A stretch of DNA of 64,000 nucleotides from Nitrosopumilaceae archaeon (GCA_965203465.1 CBDBCR010000001.1:192001-256000); one strand, 5' to 3'; shown: positions 9,639 through 19,494, counted from the stretch's first letter. Numbers and translations: made by a program. The notes: a model not told the origin generated them from the sequence alone.

Positions 9639-11090
9639 CTAGGCGCTGACCCGCGCGGCCCGCGCTTCCAGCTCCGATACGGCTGCCCTCACTGCCCCCT
9701 CGCGCGCCGTGATTCTGGAGCGCGCCCGGGATATGGCCCCGGCCCTCTGCCGCACCATCCTGTCCTGCTCGGCAAAGCCCGACGAGCCGCGCGAGGCGCG
9801 CGCGCGCAGCGAGCTCTCCGGCGTCGCCGAGGCGAGCGCCTCGGTCAGGCGCCGCGCGTCGGCCCCAGAGCCGCCCAGGCACGCCTCGACGTCCTCCTCT
9901 TCGAGCTCGTCGAGGCGCACGCCGTCGCGGTGGGCCGCCTGCACCAGCCTGCCCACCAGGCCGTGGGCCGTCCTGAACGGCATCCCTTCGGAGACCAGCC
10001 CGTCGGCTATGTCGAGGGCCAGCGCGTAGCCCGACTCTAGGGATTCGCGCATCCTGCCCCCGTTCACCGACATCGTCAGGACGGCTGCGCGCGCCACGGC
10101 CAGGGCGCCCAGCGCGGTGCGCGAGGCGTCGAACGCTGCCGGCTTTAGCTCCTGCAGGTCGCGCCCGTACCCCGTGGCCAGCCCCTTTGTCCCCGAGAGC
10201 GCGCCGGCCAGCGAGCCCGAGACGACGGCGGCCTTGCCGCGCGTCAGCTCCATGACGTCGGGGTTTTTTTTCTGCGGCATGACGCTCGACGGCGAGGCGA
10301 GCTCGTCTGCAAGCTCCAAAAACCCAAACTCCGAGGACGACCACACCACCACGTCCTCGGCCATGCGGCTCAGGCCGGCCATCATGGCGGCGACGCACCA
10401 GACGTGCTCCAAGACAAAGTCGCGCGAGCCGGTCGCGTCTATCGAATTTTCCAGCAGGCCGTCAAAACCGAGCATCGCGGCAGTGGCGTCCCTGTCCACC
10501 GGCACGGCGGTGCCGCCGACCGGGCCCGCGCCCAGCGGGCACCTGTTTAGCCGGGAATAGCTCCCCTCGAACCTTTCCAGATCGCGCATCAGCGCGTCTG
10601 CCTGCGCCAGCAAATAGTGCGACAGCGTCCCGGCCTGCGCCTGCTGCATGTGCGTGTACAGGGGCATGACGGTGCGCCGGTGCGACTTTGCCACCGAGAC
10701 CATCGCCTCGGCCGCGTCGGCTATGCGCGCGCACACGGAGTTGGTGTCGTCGCGCAGTTTCAGCCGCATGTCCAGGGCCACCTGGTCGTTGCGCGACCTG
10801 CCCGTGTGCATCTTGAGGCCCGCCGGCGTCGCGGACACCACTGCCGCCTCGACCGCCTCGTGTATGTCCTCCGAGCCGTCGCCGCCCAGCTTGTCCGGCT
10901 CCAGGCCGCCCAGAGCTTGCAGTATCTGCCCCGCCTCGCCGGCGTCGAGCACGCCGGCGTCGAGCAGCGCCAGCGCGTGCGCCTTGCTGCCCAGTATGTC
11001 ATAGTAGGCAATATCCCCGTCGGCCCGGGCCGAAGATACGTACTCGAGGGCCTCGCCCCCGAGCCTGCCGCCGAGCCGGTCGCGGTACAC
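9639..11090 (-). CDS. argH: argininosuccinate lyase
   Basis: HTGRSRNDQV, MPLYTHMQQAQ, SSVMPQKKNPD. Confidence 0.97.
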   Translation of the reverse strand: MYRDRLGGRLGGEALEYVSSARADGDIAYYDILGSKAHALALLDAGVLDAGEAGQILQALGGLEPDKLGGDGSEDIHEAVEAAVVSATPAGLKMHTGRSRNDQVALDMRLKLRDDTNSVCARIADAAEAMVSVAKSHRRTVMPLYTHMQQAQAGTLSHYLLAQADALMRDLERFEGSYSRLNRCPLGAGPVGGTAVPVDRDATAAMLGFDGLLENSIDATGSRDFVLEHVWCVAAMMAGLSRMAEDVVVWSSSEFGFLELADELASPSSVMPQKKNPDVMELTRGKAAVVSGSLAGALSGTKGLATGYGRDLQELKPAAFDASRTALGALAVARAAVLTMSVNGGRMRESLESGYALALDIADGLVSEGMPFRTAHGLVGRLVQAAHRDGVRLDELEEEDVEACLGGSGADARRLTEALASATPESSLRARASRGSSGFAEQDRMVRQRAGAISRARSRITAREGAVRAAVSELEARAARVSA

Positions 11091-11139
11091 GGATGCCCCC
11101 CTACAATGGCTATATATAGCCTAGACGCAACGCCGGCCG

Positions 11140-11448
11140 TTGGCGGAGATACGCGAGCTGCGCGTCAAGATATTCGACGAGCTCTCAAAGATAGTCGATC
11201 CGGAGATAAACACGACCATAACGGAGCTCGAACTCATCGACGAAGTCGACATCAAGGATTCGGACGTGCGCGTGGATCTGCACCTGACAAGCCCGTTCTG
11301 CCCGGCCGTGTTCGGCTTCAAGATATGCCAAGACATACACGACAACCTCCTAAAGATAGACGGCATCGACGACGTGAAAGTCAACGTCTCCAACCACTTT
11401 ATGGCCGAGCAGATAAACAACCAGGTGAACAGCTCCAAAAAGCCCTAG
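11140..11448 (+). CDS. DUF59/MIP18/SufT family Fe-S assembly protein
   Basis: IVDPEINTTITELELI...LTSPFCP. Confidence 0.92.
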   Translation: MAEIRELRVKIFDELSKIVDPEINTTITELELIDEVDIKDSDVRVDLHLTSPFCPAVFGFKICQDIHDNLLKIDGIDDVKVNVSNHFMAEQINNQVNSSKKP

Positions 11449-12179
11449 CGCAGCCCGAGCATGTACCCGCGCAGCAGCTGTATCCCCATGGCCGGATCGA
11501 CCCCCTTGGGGCACACCTGGCTGCACGAGCCGGCAAAGTGGCACCGCCATATCCCGTGCGAATCGTCTATCACCTTGAGGCGCTCGTCCTTGCCCCTGTC
11601 CCTGCTGTCCGCCGTGTACCTGTAGGCCTGCGCGAGCGCCTGCGGGCCCAAAAAGGACGAGTCGGTGGCCATCGTGGGGCAGGCGGCGTTGCACAAGCCG
11701 CACTTTATGCAGTTTGCGAACTGGATGTACTTTTCGTGCTCCTCGGGGGTCTGGAGCAGCTCGCGCGAGCCCGGCTCGGGCTCGGCCTCGTCGCGTAGCA
11801 GGTACGGCTTTACGCGCCGGTGCGAATCGAACAGGCGCTCAAAGCGCACCGCCAGGTCGCGGATCACCTCGAAGTTGCGCAGCGGCTCGACCGTCACGGT
11901 GTCCGATCCCAGCTCGGCCACCTTGGTAAAGCAGGCCAGGCGCGGCCTGCCGTTTATCATCATGCCGCACGAGCCGCAGGTGGCCTGCCTGCACGAGTAC
12001 CGCACGGCTATCGAGTGGTCCATGTGCTTTTTGGCGTCGAGTATCACGTCGAGAACGGTGGTCCACCTCTCGTGGGGCACGTCGAACTCGTCGAACTTGC
12101 CCCCCGACCTCTTTACGCGCAGCCTCACGCTGGAGCGCGGCGAGAGGTGCCCGCCGGAGCGCTCGGGCGCGACGGACAT
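11445..12179 (-). CDS. sdhB: succinate dehydrogenase iron-sulfur subunit
   Basis: SCRQATCGSCGM, CIKCGLCNAACP, CHFAGSCSQVCPKG. Confidence 0.96.
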   Translation of the reverse strand: MSVAPERSGGHLSPRSSVRLRVKRSGGKFDEFDVPHERWTTVLDVILDAKKHMDHSIAVRYSCRQATCGSCGMMINGRPRLACFTKVAELGSDTVTVEPLRNFEVIRDLAVRFERLFDSHRRVKPYLLRDEAEPEPGSRELLQTPEEHEKYIQFANCIKCGLCNAACPTMATDSSFLGPQALAQAYRYTADSRDRGKDERLKVIDDSHGIWRCHFAGSCSQVCPKGVDPAMGIQLLRGYMLGLR

Positions 12180-12181
12180 TT

Positions 12182-12526
12182 TCACGCGGCCCCCGTGGTC
12201 ACCACGATTATGGTGCGCGAGCCGTACGCTATCAGACCTATCATGCCGGCCACGCACCCGTACGAGACCGCCTTTTCATAAACCCTGCCCTGCCTCAGCT
12301 CCAGCAGTATCACGCGCAGCCCGTTGAACCCGTGCACCGAGAGCAGCACCAGTATTATCTCGAGCATGCCCGCGTAGGGCAGGAACCTGTAGTTTTCCAG
12401 CACCTGCTCGTACTCGAGCGAGGCCTCGAAGCCCTGCACCACGCGCAGCAGCACGTGCACGGCCACGAACGCCACGGCGGCCAGGGCCGTGCCGTAGTGT
12501 ATCTTCATTATGGTGCTCTCTTTCAT
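12182..12526 (-). CDS. sdhD: succinate dehydrogenase membrane anchor
   Basis: MKESTIMKIHYGTA, three TM helices, HGFNGLRVILLE; operon position. Confidence 0.9.
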   Translation of the reverse strand: MKESTIMKIHYGTALAAVAFVAVHVLLRVVQGFEASLEYEQVLENYRFLPYAGMLEIILVLLSVHGFNGLRVILLELRQGRVYEKAVSYGCVAGMIGLIAYGSRTIIVVTTGAA

Positions 12527-12930
12527 CAGAACATCACCGTGATCCCGTACACCGCGGCCAGCGCCGAGAGCACTATGGCCGAGTAGATGCCTATCTTGTG
12601 GCGGTAGTTCTGCGAGGCCGGCTCGTACGGATAGTCGGGCCTCGAGGGGCTGCCCACGGCCACGCCGCCGTGGCCCAGCATGACCCTGATCCCGTTGACC
12701 GTGTGGAAGACGCACATGGCTATGACTATGACGAGCACCGCGTGGCCCTCGAAGGTCTGGGTGAGCTGGAGGAACTGGTCCCAGCCGGCCCTGCCCTGCA
12801 GTATGTTGCTCGTCTCGTATATGTGGGCCACGAAATAGGCCAGCAGGCCCAGGCCGGTCAGGCGCATGAGCAGGTAGGCCACGCGCTCTATGCCGAACCG
12901 CCTCGGGCTGGCCATGCCGCCTATCCCCAT
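12526..12930 (-). CDS. sdhC: succinate dehydrogenase cytochrome b subunit
   Basis: LMRLTGLGLL, FHTVNGIRVML; operon position. Confidence 0.9.
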   Translation of the reverse strand: MGIGGMASPRRFGIERVAYLLMRLTGLGLLAYFVAHIYETSNILQGRAGWDQFLQLTQTFEGHAVLVIVIAMCVFHTVNGIRVMLGHGGVAVGSPSRPDYPYEPASQNYRHKIGIYSAIVLSALAAVYGITVMF

Positions 12931-14642
12931 CAGTACTTCCTCTCCACGGGCTGATAATTAGTTATGGTCACCGGGTGGGCCTTCATGAGCGGCTCGGACG
13001 GGCCGTAGTAGGCCAGGGTGTGGTGGAGGAAGTTCTCGTCGTCGCGCTGCGGATAGTCGGTGCGCGCGTGGCTCCCCCTAGATTCGCGCCTGTTTATGGC
13101 CCCTACCAGCACCGCCTCGGCCGCGCGGAACATGGAATCTATCTCCATGACGTTGGCGAAGTTGGTGTTGTACTCGGAGGCCTTGTCGTCGACGTGCTTC
13201 CAGGTCTGGGCGCGCAGCTTGCGCACGCGCGCGAGGCCCGCCGAGAGCCCCTCGTGGTCCCTGTACACGTAGGCCTTTTCGTTCATGGTGTCGGTCAGCT
13301 CCTGCCTGACCTCGTAGGGGTTGGCCCCGCCGCCGGCCCGGAATATGCCGTCGTAGATGCGCTTTTCTTCGGCGGCCACCATGTGGTGGGGCCACGGCTC
13401 CGAGCCCACCCTGCCGGCGATGTACTCGGCGGCCAGCTCGCCGGTTATGCGGCCCCACACGATGCACTCCGAGGTCGAGTTGGCGCCCAGGCGGTTGGAG
13501 CCGTGGACGCTGTTGCAGGCGGCCTCGCCCGCGGCCCAGACCCCCCGCAGCTCGGTGGCCCCGTCGATGTCGGTGTGTATGCCGCCCATCATGTAGTGGC
13601 AGACGGGCCGCACGTCGAGCATCTCCCGGGCCGGGTCTATGCCGGAGAACTTTATCGATATCTCGCGTATGCCGCCCAGCTTTTCCTTGATTACCTCGTC
13701 GCCTACGTGGCGCAGGTCCAGCTTCATGCAGTCCACGCCGGTCTCGTGGACGAACCCGCGCCCCTGCTCTATCTCGGTGATTATGGAGCGCGAGACGATG
13801 TCGCGCGGGGCCAGCTCCATCTTGCTGGGCGCGTAGCTCTTCATGAAGCGCTCGCCCTCGCTGTTGACCAGGTGGCCGCCCTCGCCGCGCGCCCCCTCCG
13901 TTATCAGTATGCCCGACGGCAGTATGCCGGTCGGGTGGAACTGCACGAACTCCATGTCCTTCAGGGCCATGCCGGCCCTGTACGCCATGTCGAGGCCGTC
14001 GGGCGTCGAAGAGTACGCGTACGTCGAAAAGCTGTACAGCCTGCCGGCGCCGCCCGTGGCTATTATCATGGCCGGCGCCCGCACGGCGTAAAAGGTCCCC
14101 GAGGCCAACTCTATGGCCGTGATCCCGTGGAACCTCTTGCCGTCGTGGACTATGGAGGTGACGAACCACTCGTTGAGGTATTCTATGTTGTCGTGCTTTT
14201 GGCACGTGTCATACAGAGTCTGCATCTCGAAAAAGCCCACCTTGTCCGAGGCGTACGTGGCGCGCGGAAAGCTGTACCCCCCGAAGGCGCGCTGGTCTAT
14301 GCGGCCAGTCTTCCTGCGCGACCAGGGCATGCCCCACCTGTCCATCTGGTATATCTGCCCGGGCATCTCCTTGCAGAGGCGCTCGGCGGCGTCCTGATCC
14401 GCGAGGAAGTCGCTGCCCTTTACGGTGTCGTAAATGTGCGATTCGACGGTGTCCCCCTCGTCTTCGAACAGGACCGCGGCCGTGCCGCCCTCTGCCGAGA
14501 CCGAGTGGGACCTCATCACCTGCACCTTGGACACGACTGCTATGCGCAGGTGGGGCCCCTTTTCGGCCGCCGCGATGGCCGCGCGCAGCCCCGCCAAGCC
14601 CGAGCCGCATATGACCAGGTCGTAGTCTATGAAATCGGCCAA
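12930..14642 (-). CDS. sdhA: succinate dehydrogenase flavoprotein subunit
   Basis: GSGLAGLRAA, RSHSVSAEGG, EFVQFHPTG, LITEGARGEGG, HGSNRLGANS; probable TTG start at 14642. Confidence 0.97.
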   Translation of the reverse strand: MADFIDYDLVICGSGLAGLRAAIAAAEKGPHLRIAVVSKVQVMRSHSVSAEGGTAAVLFEDEGDTVESHIYDTVKGSDFLADQDAAERLCKEMPGQIYQMDRWGMPWSRRKTGRIDQRAFGGYSFPRATYASDKVGFFEMQTLYDTCQKHDNIEYLNEWFVTSIVHDGKRFHGITAIELASGTFYAVRAPAMIIATGGAGRLYSFSTYAYSSTPDGLDMAYRAGMALKDMEFVQFHPTGILPSGILITEGARGEGGHLVNSEGERFMKSYAPSKMELAPRDIVSRSIITEIEQGRGFVHETGVDCMKLDLRHVGDEVIKEKLGGIREISIKFSGIDPAREMLDVRPVCHYMMGGIHTDIDGATELRGVWAAGEAACNSVHGSNRLGANSTSECIVWGRITGELAAEYIAGRVGSEPWPHHMVAAEEKRIYDGIFRAGGGANPYEVRQELTDTMNEKAYVYRDHEGLSAGLARVRKLRAQTWKHVDDKASEYNTNFANVMEIDSMFRAAEAVLVGAINRRESRGSHARTDYPQRDDENFLHHTLAYYGPSEPLMKAHPVTITNYQPVERKY

Positions 14643-14749
14643 CCGGCACGCGCGAGCCGCTGGCAAGTTAATAGTATTTGCGCAAAAACGCGGCCGGTGC
14701 CGAGGGGCGCGCAGGGTTAATATATATCGCTAGCGATACGCCGTCCGTG

Positions 14750-15208
14750 ATGGGCGGATGGCTCTCCTGCATGGGCTCGGCGGTTCCGCGCGGGTTCTCG
14801 CGGTACTATATCATGGAGCTGCTCGCCGCCGAGCCGCGCACCGGCAAGGAGATAATCGAGCACGCCGCCGAAAAGAGCGGGGGGCACTGGAAGCCCTCGC
14901 CGGGGCTGATCTACCCGCTGCTCGGCAGGCTGCTCGACGAGGGCATGATAGAGGAGGACGGCGGCGGCAGGTACCGGCTCACCGAAAAGGGCAAGACCAC
15001 GGCGGCCGACGCGGATCGCATAGAAGAGACGGTGAAAAAACAGATGGAGGTGCTGGCCAGGCTGGGCAACCTGGGCAGGTTCGGCATGATGGACATGCTC
15101 GAGAGGTTTTCCATGGCGATCGGCTCCGGCGGCACGATGAAGGGCGACGAGCGCGAGAGGTACCGCAAGTTCCTCGTATCCGAGCTGGAGCGGCTGGACA
15201 AAAACTAG
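14750..15208 (+). CDS. PadR family transcriptional regulator
   Basis: WKPSPGLIYPLLGRL...YRLTEKG. Confidence 0.92.
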   Translation: MGGWLSCMGSAVPRGFSRYYIMELLAAEPRTGKEIIEHAAEKSGGHWKPSPGLIYPLLGRLLDEGMIEEDGGGRYRLTEKGKTTAADADRIEETVKKQMEVLARLGNLGRFGMMDMLERFSMAIGSGGTMKGDERERYRKFLVSELERLDKN

Positions 15209-15238
15209 AGATATTAACCTCTTGCTGGGAAGGGCCGC

Positions 15239-16090
15239 GTGGCCTCTGCGCGATCCGTCGTAAAGTCGGACATCGTGATGCCCGGCGTCTACGACGCGCT
15301 CGGCGCCAAGATGGCGTCTGCTGCCGGCTTTGGGGCCATATTCCAGACCGGATACGGCACGTCGGCCTCGATGCTGGGGATGCCCGACTACGGGTTTCTG
15401 GGGGCCGCCGAGACCGTCGCGAACGCGCGCCGCGTGTGCGCGGCCTCGTCGGTGCCGGTCATAGTGGACGCGGACACGGGCTACGGCAACGCCCTGACCG
15501 TCTGGAGGCTGGTGCGCGACCTGGAGGACGCCGGCGCCTCGGGGATGTTCTTGGAGGATCAGAGGTGGCCCAAGAGGTGCGGCCACATGCGGGGCAAGGA
15601 CGTCACCCCGCAGGACGAATACGCCGAAAAGCTTGGCGCGGCGCTGGACGCGCGCCGGAGCCGCGACTTTGTGGTCGTGGCGCGCACCGACGCGCGCGCC
15701 ACCGCGGGGCTGGACGAGGCCATCGAGAGGGGCAGGCAGAACCGCAAGGCCGGCGCCGACGCGGTCTTTGTCGAGGCGCCGCGCACGCTCGCCGAGATGA
15801 CCGAGATCGGGAAAAAGATAGGCCCGCCGCTGGTGGCCAACATGATAGAGGGCGGTGCCACCCCGGCCGCGCCGGCCAAGAAACTACACGCGATGGGGTT
15901 CAACATCGTGCTCTACCCGCTCTCGGTGCTGTACGCGAGCGCGTCGGCCTCGATGCGCGTGCTCCGCCGCCTCAAGGAGACCGGCTCGGCGGGGCGCTCG
16001 GGGATGGACTTTGCCGCGTTCAACGAGCTCGTGGATCTGCCCAAATACGAGCGGCTGGAAAGAAAATACGGCGGCAAAAAAACCGGGTAG
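15239..16090 (+). CDS. isocitrate lyase/PEP mutase family enzyme (methylisocitrate lyase-like)
   Basis: VDADTGYG, LEDQRWPKRCGH, ARTDA, ADAVFVEAP. Confidence 0.93.
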   Translation: MASARSVVKSDIVMPGVYDALGAKMASAAGFGAIFQTGYGTSASMLGMPDYGFLGAAETVANARRVCAASSVPVIVDADTGYGNALTVWRLVRDLEDAGASGMFLEDQRWPKRCGHMRGKDVTPQDEYAEKLGAALDARRSRDFVVVARTDARATAGLDEAIERGRQNRKAGADAVFVEAPRTLAEMTEIGKKIGPPLVANMIEGGATPAAPAKKLHAMGFNIVLYPLSVLYASASASMRVLRRLKETGSAGRSGMDFAAFNELVDLPKYERLERKYGGKKTG

Positions 16091-16098
16091 AGAGGAGC

Positions 16099-16383
16099 CT
16101 AGTTCCTCTTTACTTCGATGTCGATGGTAGATACGTTTCTAGTCTTGCCGTCGTCGGCCTCGAGCGATTCGGAGCCGATGCGGATGGTGCCGATAGAGTA
16201 CCCGGAATTCTCCGTCTTCCTAGAAATTATCTGAGCCACGTCCACAGCACGCGCGATGCTGAGGCCCCTGGCCTTGATGTTCACGGACGGCATTTTGGCC
16301 AGCTGGAGCAGCGTCGTGGTGACGTACGCCATGAGCGGCTTTTTGCCGATGAACACGGTGTCTCTTACTTCGTTGTCAGACAT
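16099..16383 (-). CDS. albA: DNA/RNA-binding protein Alba
   Basis: VFIGKKPLMAYV...IKARGLSIARAVDVA...VSTIDI. Confidence 0.95.
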   Translation of the reverse strand: MSDNEVRDTVFIGKKPLMAYVTTTLLQLAKMPSVNIKARGLSIARAVDVAQIISRKTENSGYSIGTIRIGSESLEADDGKTRNVSTIDIEVKRN

Positions 16384-16456
16384 TGGCGGCCGGCAACCGG
16401 CGGGATAATTTAAACTCTGGGCATTTGCTTTTATTCGGCGGATCCGGACTGCCCGC

Positions 16457-16912
16457 GTGGACGGGGCGCGCGAGGCCGTTTCGAGGCTGGCCCACCCGGA
16501 CGTGCGCGTGCGCGGCGAGGCGTTCGCCCTGCTCGTGTCGGATCCGGGCGCCTCTGACGTCCTGGAGGGGGCCTGCCGCAGCCCCGACAGGAGCGTGAGG
16601 GCCTTTGCGGCCCTCGCCCTGGGCAACCGGGGCGAGGCGCGCGGTATCCTGCTGGAGATGGCCTCGGACCCCGAGGCGCTGGTGCGCTCGTGCGCCCTCG
16701 GCGCGCTTGCGCACATGGGCATGGACGGGGCGCGCGGAAAGGCGCTGGCCGGCCTGGCCGACGCCAGGATTGAGGTGAGGCGCGCTGCCCTGCAGGCTTG
16801 CGCAAAGCTGGGCGTCGCGGTGCCCGACGCCGAGCTCGAGCGGCTCGAGTCGGAGGGCGACGGGGAGCTGGGCCTGATCGCGCGAATAGTGCGTGGACAC
16901 CGGTTGAAATGA
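16457..16912 (+). CDS. HEAT-repeat protein
   Basis: Repeated D-x-x-VR-x-x-A-x-x-AL helical motifs. Confidence 0.85.
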   Translation: MDGAREAVSRLAHPDVRVRGEAFALLVSDPGASDVLEGACRSPDRSVRAFAALALGNRGEARGILLEMASDPEALVRSCALGALAHMGMDGARGKALAGLADARIEVRRAALQACAKLGVAVPDAELERLESEGDGELGLIARIVRGHRLK

Positions 16913-19107
16913 CCCGTGCGGCGAGGCCGTCCGGCACGCCCGCGCTCCGCATCGCGGCTTTTTCGGACTTTAGGGTCCAAGACATACCAAAGACACTGGA
17001 GCTGGTAAAGAGCCTGAAGCCGGACGTGACGCTTTATGCGGGTGACGACGTGCGCAGGTTCGGCCCCTTGCAGACGGGCACGCTCGAACGGTTGCTCGCA
17101 GAAAACGGACATGCGAGGGCCGGAATCCACGCGTGTGGATCTTTTCCGCGCACGGGACCGTATCGGGACCGCGACGGCACCGCCCACCCGCGCGGGCTTT
17201 ACCAGGCAAGGCTGCCTCGCACCGTGTGCTTTAACGTCAAAGTCGAAGGCAAGGCCTCAGAAAACCTGCTGGAGCAAAAAATCTTGGACATGGCGCGCGA
17301 CCCAAAGATTGGCGAAGAATTCGAGTTTTTGCGCCCGGCCCGAAGCCGCCGCCCTGGCAAAGGCGCGCCGAAAAAAACCAGGATTGTTTTTGAGCAAAAG
17401 AACGGCCGTGCGTACGGAATAGCGCATTTTCCCGAATCCGGCGTGGATTATGCCAAAGAGTTTGCCAAGGCAAGCAGGCTCGGGTTCGGGGGAGTGATAG
17501 GCAACGACGACGATCGCATATACAAATCGCTCCTCAGTGGGGACGGCGCCTGCGATCTGCACGACGGGCCTCTGCTCACGGGAGGCTTGTGCATCGTAGG
17601 GCAGGAAGGCGACGCGCTTTCGGAAAACGGTGGGATGGGACTGACGGTCTACTCGGAGGGCGAAGTAGAAAAGCACTTGGACGATCTGACTTTGGGACGC
17701 AGTCTGGAAAACGTCATACTGGTATCACACACCCCGCCTGCCGGCGTGTTGGATTACGCGCACAGGTTCGGCGACCGGCACGTGGGCTCGTCGGCAGTCC
17801 GTCGATTCGTGGCGGACAGACAGCCGCTGCTAGTGCTCTGCGGGCATGTTCACTCCCACGGCGGATGCGTGTCTAGGGTGGGACGAACAACGGTCGTCAA
17901 CCTTGCGTCGCACGACAGCCCGGGCAGTCCTGGCAGGGTCTGCCTGATCACCGTATCAGGCACAAACGTGGACATGGAATGGTTCTTGGTATCGGCAGAC
18001 GGCGTGGCAGAGTACTCGCACCGCTTTGTAAAAGATGGCGGACGCCTGCATCACGTATTGACGCTGCACAATGTGGGGATAAAAACGGCCGAAAAGATGG
18101 AGGCGGCCGGCGTCCGCACGCTAGAAGATGTCATCTCGGCCGGCGAAGGGGGGCTTGCAAAGCTGCTGAACACGAGCTTGACCTATGCGCGCAAAATGTC
18201 CGCGCAGGCCAAAGCCGTACTGGACGGCAGGACGGTTCCGCAAACCAAACTCGAGATTCCGCAAAAACCACTGATGTTCATCGACATCGAGACGGACTTG
18301 TCGAAATCATACGTGTGGCTGATCTCCGTTTGTGCGGAAGGCAAGAAGGGACTAAAGCAGTTTTACGCCGAGTCTCCGACCCGGGAAAAGGCGATTCTGA
18401 AGGATTTTTTGGAACACCGCAGAAAGCACGGCGGCCACGTGCTCTGTTATTGGTCCGGTGCCGGCTTTGACGAGCGGGTGATCAAATGCCGTCTTAGCCA
18501 GCATCGGCTCGACGCGTCGGGGCTGGGCAGCTGGTTTGATCTGTGTCTGGCGGTAAAGAAAAGCGTGGTCCTGCCCACCGGCTCATTTTCTTTGAAATCG
18601 GTTGCAGCGTGCGTCGGATACAGATACATGCATTCGGATATGGACGGTTTTGCGGCTGCCAAGATGTACCAAGAGACCGTGGGCAGTCGGAAACCGGCGC
18701 TTTCCAAGAAACTGCTCGAATACGGCAAGGACGACATTTTGGTGTTGGACCGCGTGGTGGAAAAAATCGGCGCGATTGCCGGACTGTCTCGGGATTTAGA
18801 GAGCCCGGAAGTACTGCCCGCATCTTTCGAGCAGGAATGCGCCCTCTTGAAGGATCTCCGTAAGCGGGGCATGCGAGTAACCGAGATCGCCGGAAGATTC
18901 GGCAAGGGCCGGGACTATGTCAACACCAGGCTGCGCCAGAATCCTGAAGCAATGAAGGGCAGGCGGGTATTGTTGGAAAGCGGCTTGGTAGGCCGTCGGC
19001 GCGGTTCTGCCGGAATAATTACCGGGCAGATATCTCCAACTGTCTTTGAAGTCAAGTTCGGCAGGAAAACCCTGAACGTGAGCATGAGCTCCATGAAATT
19101 CGCCTAG
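16909..19107 (+). CDS. metallophosphoesterase fused to HhH and an RNase H-like (YprB/TM0106-type) exonuclease domain, plus C-terminal HTH
   Basis: SDFRVQ / AGDD / GNDD / SHTPP / CGHVH; LHNVGIKTAEKMEAAGV; FIDIET...GFDERV...FSLKSVA...YGKDDI. Confidence 0.85.
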   Translation: MTRAARPSGTPALRIAAFSDFRVQDIPKTLELVKSLKPDVTLYAGDDVRRFGPLQTGTLERLLAENGHARAGIHACGSFPRTGPYRDRDGTAHPRGLYQARLPRTVCFNVKVEGKASENLLEQKILDMARDPKIGEEFEFLRPARSRRPGKGAPKKTRIVFEQKNGRAYGIAHFPESGVDYAKEFAKASRLGFGGVIGNDDDRIYKSLLSGDGACDLHDGPLLTGGLCIVGQEGDALSENGGMGLTVYSEGEVEKHLDDLTLGRSLENVILVSHTPPAGVLDYAHRFGDRHVGSSAVRRFVADRQPLLVLCGHVHSHGGCVSRVGRTTVVNLASHDSPGSPGRVCLITVSGTNVDMEWFLVSADGVAEYSHRFVKDGGRLHHVLTLHNVGIKTAEKMEAAGVRTLEDVISAGEGGLAKLLNTSLTYARKMSAQAKAVLDGRTVPQTKLEIPQKPLMFIDIETDLSKSYVWLISVCAEGKKGLKQFYAESPTREKAILKDFLEHRRKHGGHVLCYWSGAGFDERVIKCRLSQHRLDASGLGSWFDLCLAVKKSVVLPTGSFSLKSVAACVGYRYMHSDMDGFAAAKMYQETVGSRKPALSKKLLEYGKDDILVLDRVVEKIGAIAGLSRDLESPEVLPASFEQECALLKDLRKRGMRVTEIAGRFGKGRDYVNTRLRQNPEAMKGRRVLLESGLVGRRRGSAGIITGQISPTVFEVKFGRKTLNVSMSSMKFA

Positions 19108-19143
19108 CGCAACTTTGGGACGCATCGCGATCCCAAAGATCTA

Positions 19144-19227
19144 TTATAGCTTCAGCGTCTTTAGTACCATTCCTGCCACACCAGCTACCGCCAATAGGGT
19201 CACCAGTGCCGTAAGCATTTCTGCCAT
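19144..19227 (-). CDS. 27-aa single-TM small peptide
   Basis: MAEMLTALVTLLAVAGVAGMVLKTLKL; GGAG just before the ATG; TTTTAAATAA box about 25 nt upstream. Confidence 0.5.
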   Translation of the reverse strand: MAEMLTALVTLLAVAGVAGMVLKTLKL

Positions 19228-19277
19228 ACTCCGATATATGAGGCGTTATTTAAAAGCATATCGTCAGGGGGGTTTTG

Positions 19278-19334
19278 TTCGGCAATTCCCCGATCCGTGC
19301 CTGAGCGGAGCCGTTTTTTGGCCGATCCGGCCAC
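19278..19334 (+). repeat. dispersed ~56-bp repeat, copy 1
   Basis: TTCGGCAATTC..CGATCCGTGCCTGAGCGG.GCCG...GGCCGATCCGGCCAC; near-identical copy at 53657-53712. Confidence 0.85.
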
Positions 19335-19494
19335 GGCGCAGGCACGAAAATGCGAATTGCCGAACAAAGCCGTCAGGGGTGGTTTACAGTTGGCCAGTAC
19401 AACAGTCCGATCCCGCCTTGAGCACGAACGAGCAGCTTGCCAAACGTTAATACCACCTTTCCTGACACGGCGCACATCAGACCCAGTCTGATTT

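Noticed and set aside
7276-10398. 1040-aa ORF and similar long Arg/Gly/Ala-rich ORFs throughout the track
   Set aside because: These are shadow or alternative frames of real genes (copA, argH, sdhA and others), caused by high GC and scarce stop codons.
16099-17187. 362-aa extended Alba
   Set aside because: Homology starts at Met 16383, with a TATA-like box just upstream; the extension is antisense to the HEAT and phosphoesterase genes.
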